From NCBI GenBank assembly GCA_015067945.1, contig SVLM01000004.1:37814-101813 (forward strand): 64,000 nt of DNA, read 5' to 3'. Below, piece by piece: positions 57,113 to 64,000 of this stretch. The notes beneath the pieces are model-generated. The model worked only from the letters and a program-made list of their open reading frames with translations. It was not told where the DNA came from and did no database searches. How positions within the stretch are numbered: the first letter of the stretch is position 1; each line of letters begins with the position of its first letter. Both the position numbers and the translations under genes were made by a program. The DNA comes from Oscillospiraceae bacterium (GTDB taxonomy: Bacteria > Bacillota > Clostridia > Oscillospirales > Oscillospiraceae).

Positions 57113-59020
57113 ATGACTAAGAATATTGAAGCACTGCTGCAACAATTGAAAGATAAGGACTACCGCAAGCTGAGAAGTTATGATGCAGAAGGTCCGATCC
57201 TCTATCCCATTGATTTTTTTGGTTTTCATTTGGGAAAACCAGAAAAGCTGATACCCAAGGAAGGAAACGTGACACCCAATTACTCGCGTATCATCACCAA
57301 AGGTTTTGATGCCATCCGTGAGGAATTGGTAGTATCGATTCAAAAAGCCACCGATCCTGACAAAATTGCCTATGGCAAGCGGATGCTTGCTGATCTGGAC
57401 GCGTGTATTCGCATTTCTGATAACTATCGGCAGACAGTAAGTACCAATCCTCGGTTATATCACGCGTTACAACGTGTTCCTCGTAAAGGTGCAACAACTT
57501 TTTACGAGGCGTGTTTGTTTCTGAATATCTGTATTTACTTCCTGCGTATCTTTCAGGCAAGTCATTTGGGCCTTGGTCGCTTTGACCAGTATATGTATCC
57601 TTTTTATCTTGCCGATAAAGAACGCGGCGTAACCGACGAGGAGCTATTCGAAACCCTTGAGGCATTCTTCATTTCCCTGAACTTTGATGCTGACCTGTAT
57701 TCCGGTATTCAGCAAGGGGATAATGGGCAAAGCATTGTGCTTGGCGGCTTTGACCGGGAGGGAAAATCTGTCTACAACGAACTTTCCGATATGTGCATGG
57801 AAGCGTCGTTGGAGCTGAACCTCATCGATCCCAAGGTCAACCTGCGTGTCGGCAAAGATACACCGATTGAGCTTTATCAGAAAGCCACCCGCCTGACCAA
57901 GCGTGGCTTGGGGTTTCCGCAATACTGCAACGATGATGTCGTAATTCCCGGCCTTATCAAGTTGGGCTATGCTCCTGAGGATGCCCAAAACTATGTTGTT
58001 GCCGCATGCTGGGAATATATCGTACCGAACTGCGGAGCCGATTATCCCAATCGTGGCACGCTGAACTTTCCGTTGGTGGTCAGTAACGTTTTGAAAGAAA
58101 AATTGGCAGATTGTGATACCTTTGATGCCTTAATGGTTCATGTGACAAAAGGAATTGCCGATGCATGCGACGAGGTCGTACAACGCTATTACGATCGCAG
58201 ACAGAGAGAAGTGCCCCTTCTGTCTTTGTTCACAGACGGTTGCGTGGAAAGCTTGACGGATATGTGGCTAGGTGGTGCTAAGTACATTAACTATGGCTGT
58301 CACGGTGCAGGAATTGCCAATGCCACCGACGCCTTGGCGGCAGTTAAGACCTGCGTATACGAGCAAAAGACGATTACAGCAGAGCAGCTGCTGGAAGTAT
58401 TGGAGCATAATTTTGAAGGCTTTGAACCAATCCGAAAGATGCTGCGTCGTTGTTCCAAAATGGGCAACAATGATCCCGACACAGACGGTATTGCTTCGCA
58501 GCTTATGACCGCTTTTGCAGGCTATATGAATCATCGGCCCAATGGTAAGGGCGGCATTTGGCGAGCTGGTACGGGCAGTGCTATGGAATACTTGCACAGT
58601 GCTGCGAAATGCCCCGCAACTACGGATGGAAGAAAAGCCGGTGAGCCGTATTCCTCCAGTTTTTCCCCTTCGTTGGATGTGAAGCCCAATGGCTTGCTTT
58701 CTATCATCCAATCGTTCACCCGGCACGATATGACAGACATTATCAACGGCGGCCCGTTGACATTGGAAATTCATGATTCCGTATTAAGAAATGAAATTGG
58801 CATGGAAAAGACAGCTATGCTGGTTAAGCTTTTTATTGACTTGGGCGGCCACCAGCTGCAACTGAATTCCATCAACCAGGAACGCTTGATTGATGCCCAA
58901 AAGCATCCTGAGAATCATCCCAATCTTATTGTCCGTGTATGGGGATGGAGCGGTTACTTCAATGAGTTGGACAAGGAGTACCAGGATCACATCATCCGTC
59001 GATGTGCCCACATCAATTAA
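57113..59020 (+). CDS. Glycyl radical enzyme (PFL superfamily, uncharacterised, 635 aa)
   Basis: LGRFDQYMYP; Cys loop AACWEY; glycyl loop LIVRVWGWSGYF; next to its activase. Confidence 0.92.
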   Translation: MTKNIEALLQQLKDKDYRKLRSYDAEGPILYPIDFFGFHLGKPEKLIPKEGNVTPNYSRIITKGFDAIREELVVSIQKATDPDKIAYGKRMLADLDACIRISDNYRQTVSTNPRLYHALQRVPRKGATTFYEACLFLNICIYFLRIFQASHLGLGRFDQYMYPFYLADKERGVTDEELFETLEAFFISLNFDADLYSGIQQGDNGQSIVLGGFDREGKSVYNELSDMCMEASLELNLIDPKVNLRVGKDTPIELYQKATRLTKRGLGFPQYCNDDVVIPGLIKLGYAPEDAQNYVVAACWEYIVPNCGADYPNRGTLNFPLVVSNVLKEKLADCDTFDALMVHVTKGIADACDEVVQRYYDRRQREVPLLSLFTDGCVESLTDMWLGGAKYINYGCHGAGIANATDALAAVKTCVYEQKTITAEQLLEVLEHNFEGFEPIRKMLRRCSKMGNNDPDTDGIASQLMTAFAGYMNHRPNGKGGIWRAGTGSAMEYLHSAAKCPATTDGRKAGEPYSSSFSPSLDVKPNGLLSIIQSFTRHDMTDIINGGPLTLEIHDSVLRNEIGMEKTAMLVKLFIDLGGHQLQLNSINQERLIDAQKHPENHPNLIVRVWGWSGYFNELDKEYQDHIIRRCAHIN

Positions 59021-59038
59021 CAAAAAGGAGTTGTTTTT

Positions 59039-60850
59039 ATGGCGAATTCAATTCCCTATCAATCCTGTAAGATCACCGGAGGTTTTTGGGAAAACCGTCA
59101 AAATATCAATCGTCAGATTACCGCTCGTGCGGTCTATGAACGGTTTTTGGATACACACCGGTTTGATTTGCTCAAATGCCCGAATCGAGAAGATATTGAT
59201 TGGACACCGCACCGTTTCTGGGACTCGGATGTGGCAAAATGGCTGGAGGGTGCTGCTTATGTCTTGGCGGCCCATCCGGATCCTTGGCTTCAGGAACGGG
59301 CAGAGCATGCGATTGCAGACCTATTGGCGAACCAGTGGCCCAATGGATATATGAACAGCTACTTTACGGTCACGCCTACGGAAACGCCATTTACCAACAG
59401 AGACGCACACGAACTTTACACCGCCGGTCACCTGATGGAAGCCGCCTGCGCATGGTATGAGGCGACGGGGAAGGATGATTTTCTCAAGGCGGTCTGCCGC
59501 CTTGCTGACCGGATCTATTGTGTGTTTGTAGAAGAGGGTTCTGCGTCCTTTGTTACCGGTGGACATCCTGAAGTGGAACTGGCGTTGGTGCGTCTTGCAA
59601 ATACTACAGGTCAGCAAAAATACTACAAACTGGCGAAATTCTTCCTTGATCAGCGAGGAAATAATGCCAAAGATACTCCCGTAACCGACTGGGCCAATGC
59701 TCTGTATGATATGAGTCATCTTCCTCTTGCCCAGCAGCATACTGCCGAGGGTCACGCCGTGCGTGCTATGTACCTTACTGCTGCCATGGCAGATATGTGC
59801 GACGATCCTGTCTATCAAAAAGTTGCCGAGGATATTTTTAAAAATGTCACGGAAAAGCGGATGTACATCACCGGCGGTCTTGGCTCGCAGCACATAGGTG
59901 AATCCTTTACTGTAGATCATGACCTCCCCAATGACACCGCTTATGCGGAAACATGTGCCTCCATAGCCATGATCTTCCTGGCAAAACGGCTTCTGTCGGC
60001 AACAGCCAAAAACTGCTATGCGGATGTTATCGAACGGGAATTATACAACGGTGCATTATCCGGGATCTCGCTGGATGGGAAATCCTTTTTTTATGTCAAT
60101 CCGCTGGAATTGGAGCCTGCGTTCAATCAACCCCATGTTTCCACAAATCACAAGATCAGACGGCCCATCACGCAGCGGGTGGAAGTGTTTAACTGCTCCT
60201 GCTGTCCTCCGAATATCTTCCGGGTTCTGGGCAGTATTTCTGAGCTTTTATACAGTGTCGAAAACGATACTCTGTACATACACCAGTACGCATCTTCAGA
60301 GGCAGAATGGAAAGGTGTACATGTAACCACCCAAACCAATTATCCGGTTGACGGCCGTGTGCATATACGCGTGACCGGTGCCAAAACCATTGCCCTTCGG
60401 ATTCCCGGTTGGTGCCAGGCATTTCAGTTAAACAAACCTTATACAATGCATGATGGGTATGCCTATGTTGCCATTAACGATGATGAGGAAATCATTTTGG
60501 ACATGGATATGCCTGCTGTTTGGATGCAGACCGGTGCCTATGTGCCGGAATGTGCCAATAAGCTGGCATTGATGCGTGGCCCGGTGGTGTATTGCCTGGA
60601 GGGTGTGGATAATGGAAGCTGCCTTCGTAATGTGGCGGTTGTTCCCGACGCACCGATCTCACCAATCCCGTCTGCGGAATTTGTCGCACCTATATTGAAG
60701 ACCAAAGGACTATACAAGCTGCCTGGAGATCATTTATATGGACGTTTTCAAGACCTCCGTCAGGAAAAAGAACTGACATTTATCCCTTACTTTGCCTTTG
60801 CAAACCGGGGAGAAAGTGAAATGTATGTGTGGCTGAACTATCAGACTTAA
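59039..60850 (+). CDS. GH127-family glycoside hydrolase (beta-L-arabinofuranosidase-like)
   Basis: DSDVAKWLE, HELY.AGH, GH.E.ELAL, GHAVRA.Y, GESF, AETCAS, CSCCPPN, RGP.VYC. Confidence 0.93.
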   Translation: MANSIPYQSCKITGGFWENRQNINRQITARAVYERFLDTHRFDLLKCPNREDIDWTPHRFWDSDVAKWLEGAAYVLAAHPDPWLQERAEHAIADLLANQWPNGYMNSYFTVTPTETPFTNRDAHELYTAGHLMEAACAWYEATGKDDFLKAVCRLADRIYCVFVEEGSASFVTGGHPEVELALVRLANTTGQQKYYKLAKFFLDQRGNNAKDTPVTDWANALYDMSHLPLAQQHTAEGHAVRAMYLTAAMADMCDDPVYQKVAEDIFKNVTEKRMYITGGLGSQHIGESFTVDHDLPNDTAYAETCASIAMIFLAKRLLSATAKNCYADVIERELYNGALSGISLDGKSFFYVNPLELEPAFNQPHVSTNHKIRRPITQRVEVFNCSCCPPNIFRVLGSISELLYSVENDTLYIHQYASSEAEWKGVHVTTQTNYPVDGRVHIRVTGAKTIALRIPGWCQAFQLNKPYTMHDGYAYVAINDDEEIILDMDMPAVWMQTGAYVPECANKLALMRGPVVYCLEGVDNGSCLRNVAVVPDAPISPIPSAEFVAPILKTKGLYKLPGDHLYGRFQDLRQEKELTFIPYFAFANRGESEMYVWLNYQT

Positions 60851-60876
60851 TGATTCCCCAAAGCATAATGCTGCTA

Positions 60877-60979
60877 CACACGCATGAGGTTACAGGTTCG
60901 AGTCCTGTTGTCTCCACAAAAAAAGATCACACCCCACCCGGGGTGTGATCTTTTTTAATGGGACACGGACTCAAAAAGG
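60877..60979 (+). repeat. Second copy of the tRNA-Val 3' half plus terminator (att-like)
   Basis: Near-identical to 55078-55180; CCA end mutated to CAA; no 5' half. Confidence 0.9.
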
Positions 60980-60999
60980 ACTGCTTCCTTAATAAAGCA

Positions 61000-62436
61000 T
61001 TACAGAACCACTAATTCCACCGATTGCCCAATCACAGCGTCCTCTTTGATAATAAAATAAAGCATTGTTTTCAAATCCGTTTGATCGATATGCTTTAATA
61101 CGACAAATTCAAGATTGCACCGTTCGTGATCATACCCAATCTGAGGGTAATCTTCCAAATCTTGCGGTGAGTAGTTAAGAATAAGATTTTTTACGGTTCC
61201 ATTCGTTGTTCCGTTTTTGATTTCAAACTTGATGCCGATCGTCGCTCCGCTGGAAATAGCCTCTTGCACTTTAATGATGGCAGCGTCTATATAGCTTTGG
61301 ATCATGTCATCCGGAACATCCCTTGAAAGACTTTGGATATACTCTCTAATTACTGCAAAATACAACTGTGTGCGATCCTTCTCACTCATGCCATATTCGC
61401 AGATTGGAAGTTCCGAACGCTCATAAGTATAATCGTGTTGGTAGAACATATCTACCTCTCCACGCTGTCCCCACATGCTATTGGTTGCAAGCGAGCCGTA
61501 TCGTTTTTGCGTGTCGAACGCGAAATAGTCCATACTTTGGTGACTCAAAAGAGACGCCTGCCAGCAGGCATCGAAATGATACCACTGCCCATCCACGCGT
61601 ATCATCGACCAGCTGTGATCCGCTCCCTCAAATCCGTCTTTCCCCAAGGAGCTGCCCGCCATCGTTTCAAATCCAATTTGATTGGCAAGCATATTCAGAT
61701 AACAGGCATACTGAGTACACATTCCAACTTTGTATATGATACTGTTGTAGAGATCAGCATGTACACCATAGGATGTAAACGGACTGCCGTATGTCATATG
61801 ATCCGAAACATAGAGATACAGTTTTGCTATGCGTTCCCAATCGCTGTCATCTTCATGAATCAATGCCAATGCTTCATTCATGATTTTCTCAAACTTAGCA
61901 TAGTTTTGGTCGCAGGTTTCTTTGTCGCCAATGAATTTAAATGTCGCTGTTCCGTCCTCATACAAAAAAGGTTCATCCGACTGTAAATACGATTGAATCA
62001 TAACCCGCACCGGAATAAACTCACTAAGCAAAAAACTCCACACTCTAAAAAACTCCGAGTAGGATTCAAACCCGGTAACAACACCATCATGAGCAAGAAT
62101 AGAATCAATTGTCCGGCAATACAGCATATATTCTCGTTCGGACATAGACTCGCGAGCATCCGCAGTAACCATATATTTATCGTATGTAAACAACGGCTCT
62201 TCGTTATCAACCGGAGGATTTGGTTCTTCTTTAGACGGGTCTTTCTTATCTGTCCCCGGCGTTGTACTTTCCTGAGATGGCTCGGTGCCGTGTGTTTCAT
62301 CGCCATTTGAAGAATGATCGTTATTCGGTAAAGTTGCCAAGCTTTGCGTAGGGTTATCGGTTTGCCACGAGTCGCACCCCGTCAAAACTGCAAATACCAT
62401 AACTATGGATAGTACTATGGCAAGTATTCGTTTCAT
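61000..62436 (-). CDS. Transglutaminase-like domain lipoprotein
   Basis: Lipobox LTGC; low-complexity linker; GMCTQYA..HSWS..WYHFDACW Cys-His-Asp triad. Confidence 0.82.
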   Translation of the reverse strand: MKRILAIVLSIVMVFAVLTGCDSWQTDNPTQSLATLPNNDHSSNGDETHGTEPSQESTTPGTDKKDPSKEEPNPPVDNEEPLFTYDKYMVTADARESMSEREYMLYCRTIDSILAHDGVVTGFESYSEFFRVWSFLLSEFIPVRVMIQSYLQSDEPFLYEDGTATFKFIGDKETCDQNYAKFEKIMNEALALIHEDDSDWERIAKLYLYVSDHMTYGSPFTSYGVHADLYNSIIYKVGMCTQYACYLNMLANQIGFETMAGSSLGKDGFEGADHSWSMIRVDGQWYHFDACWQASLLSHQSMDYFAFDTQKRYGSLATNSMWGQRGEVDMFYQHDYTYERSELPICEYGMSEKDRTQLYFAVIREYIQSLSRDVPDDMIQSYIDAAIIKVQEAISSGATIGIKFEIKNGTTNGTVKNLILNYSPQDLEDYPQIGYDHERCNLEFVVLKHIDQTDLKTMLYFIIKEDAVIGQSVELVVL

Positions 62437-62619
62437 TACGGTATTCTCCTTTCCCAGTACATGGAAATTTACCAGTCGTTTAATCGTTATCAGTAGCGTC
62501 TATCTTTGTTGTAAAATAATTATACTTTATTAAGAGCAAAAAATCAATAATTGCTCCATTGTTGTTCAGACAAGGGATTATATTTTCCGGGGGGGGCATT
62601 TATAGCTCCCGGGTCTTTT

Positions 62620-62791
62620 CACCCTCATCCGCCCCAGTGTTTGCACTATGGCACCCTCCCTGGAGGGGAAGGCACGGCGGAGTCAAGGAATCCGCATTTT
62701 TTATAGGAAACGGACCCCTCGGCTACGCTCGGGATGACAGGATGTTCTGACCGGGAGATTGCCACGGCAGCGAGGCTGCCTCGCAATGACA
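62620..62791. repeat. Mosaic of partial palindromic repeats
   Basis: 62620-62673 resembles the reverse complement of 5249-5299; 62679-62739 resembles the 22765 element; GATTGCCAC..CTCGCAATGACA. Confidence 0.55.
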
Positions 62792-62879
62792 GCTTGGTCG
62801 GGAAGGCTTTTATTGACAGCTGTCGGTTTTTGTTGTAAAATAGGACGCGTAAATATTCTGATAAACGGAGCCGTTTGCC

Positions 62880-63533
62880 ATGAAAAGAACGATTTGTCTG
62901 GTTTTAGCCGCCATCGCCCTTTTTACTGCCATTGCCGCCTGTGCCGGCTGCTCGAAGGAGTCCGACGCACTGATCGGCATCTGGGCCGGTGAGGTCAACT
63001 ACGCAAACTACTTTAACCAAGGTCTGAATAGCATCGCCGGTGAGGGCTTGGCCGAATACTGGGCTGTGGAGAATTTCCCCGTCACCCTGATTCTGACCTT
63101 CCGTGAGGACGGCACCTACAGTATGACTGTAGATGAGGCAAAGCTCAGCCAGACCATTGAGGACCTGAAAAAGAAGCTGACCCGGGGTCTGAGGGACTTT
63201 ATGCAGGATCTGATCGACGCATCCGAATCCACAATGACCGTGGACGAATTTATGGCCAGTATGGATATTTCTGCAGAAACCATGATTGCGGAGGCCATCG
63301 GCCCGGATGTTGTGGAGGCCCTGGTCAATGAATGTACCTACGAAGGCAACTACTCCGTCAAAGACGGAAAGCTCTACACCTCCGCTGCTCTGGCATACCA
63401 GGTAGACAAATCCATGTACGAAGTCTACGAAGTGACCAAAAACACCCTGACATTTATGTCCGTGGTGGGCGGTGATGGCGATTCCCTGCTCAGCGAATCT
63501 CTGTACCCCTTCACGCTGATCCGAACCAACTAA
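62880..63533 (+). CDS. Hypothetical lipoprotein
   Basis: Signal peptide with CAGC lipobox; TTGACA-17-TAAAAT promoter; terminator at 63540-63576. Confidence 0.75.
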   Translation: MKRTICLVLAAIALFTAIAACAGCSKESDALIGIWAGEVNYANYFNQGLNSIAGEGLAEYWAVENFPVTLILTFREDGTYSMTVDEAKLSQTIEDLKKKLTRGLRDFMQDLIDASESTMTVDEFMASMDISAETMIAEAIGPDVVEALVNECTYEGNYSVKDGKLYTSAALAYQVDKSMYEVYEVTKNTLTFMSVVGGDGDSLLSESLYPFTLIRTN

Positions 63534-63574
63534 AAAAATATGACCACCGATTCATCGGAATCGGTGGTCGTTTT

Positions 63575-63745
63575 TTACTTTTGACAGCCGCTGCAGCCGC
63601 CACCGCAATTTCCTGCAGAGCAGGCACAGCTATCCGGGCAGCCGATGCATTTTTTGCCGCTCTTTTTGGACTTGTAAATGGCAAAGCCTGCCAGTCCGGC
63701 GATGACGGCAATCACCGCAATAATCACATAATCAATCAGTGCCAT
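63575..63745 (-). CDS. FeoB-associated Cys-rich membrane protein
   Basis: TM followed by KKSGKKCIGCP..C.C..C..C..C; directly after feoB. Confidence 0.85.
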   Translation of the reverse strand: MALIDYVIIAVIAVIAGLAGFAIYKSKKSGKKCIGCPDSCACSAGNCGGGCSGCQK

Positions 63746-63749
63746 AGGC

Positions 63750-64000
63750 TCACTTCTTTCCACTCATGGCATATTCCGCCTTAATCTTCTTATCGGAATT
63801 GACGCACAGGTAAACCAGCACAGCCGCAAAGGCAAGCACGAACGCACCGCCACCGATGGCTGCAGGCACATTCAGTACTTCTCCGGTAATCAGGGTTCCG
63901 ATGGTATATACCAGATAGCCCACGGAATAACCGGTTCCCAGCTGCAGGCCGATGCCGCCCCAGAACCACTTTTTCTGCTTAATTTCGGCATTCATGGCAC
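63750..64000 (-). CDS. feoB: Ferrous iron transporter FeoB, C-terminal part (runs off the window)
   Basis: AMNAEI..KWF...LQL.TGY.V.YLVY.IG. Confidence 0.8.
   Translation of the reverse strand, partial: AMNAEIKQKKWFWGGIGLQLGTGYSVGYLVYTIGTLITGEVLNVPAAIGGGAFVLAFAAVLVYLCVNSDKKIKAEYAMSGKK

Larger units (their letters stand above)
55078..60979. mobile_element. tRNA-Val-associated genomic island without integrase
   Basis: Direct repeats 55078-55180 and 60877-60979 (4 mismatches) flank cargo that looks AT-richer than the flanks. Confidence 0.8.

Noticed and set aside
57113-59020. Calling the GRE pyruvate formate-lyase (pflB)
   Set aside because: It lacks the Cys-Cys pair, and its activase has a ferredoxin-like insert unlike PflA
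60877-60919. A second tRNA-Val gene
   Set aside because: Only the 3' half is present, the CCA is mutated and there is no D-arm; it is an att-like remnant

Overview
Moderately GC-rich chromosomal window from a spore-forming Clostridia (Bacillota). Gene order and style suggest Oscillospiraceae, which is an inference. It is mostly housekeeping: glnA, udg/dac, a two-component system, xth, pheST and thrS (each with a T-box), addAB, ispE, spoVAD/E, spoIIR, a complete aroF-tyrA-aroB-aroA-aroC-pheA-aroE/K-aroQ operon, yabE-rsmA, sfsA, tRNA-Val(CAC) and the 3' end of feoB. Highlights that the ORF track misses or does not explain: (1) a 20-aa leader peptide with FYYYYFF and a full 1:2/2:3/3:4 ribosome-stalling attenuator in front of the shikimate/Phe/Tyr operon; (2) a 5.8-kb integrase-less island at tRNA-Val, flanked by ~103-bp direct repeats, encoding AraC, a short non-PFL glycyl radical enzyme with its activase, and a GH127; (3) a 35-aa, 83% Asn/Gln micropeptide after spoVAE; (4) an orphan MazF, NrdR-like boxes before yabE-rsmA, recurrent hairpins that combine terminator, promoter and RBS, and several REP/MITE families. 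No CRISPR array, transposase, integrase or rRNA was seen. All calls come from reading the sequence; no searches were run.
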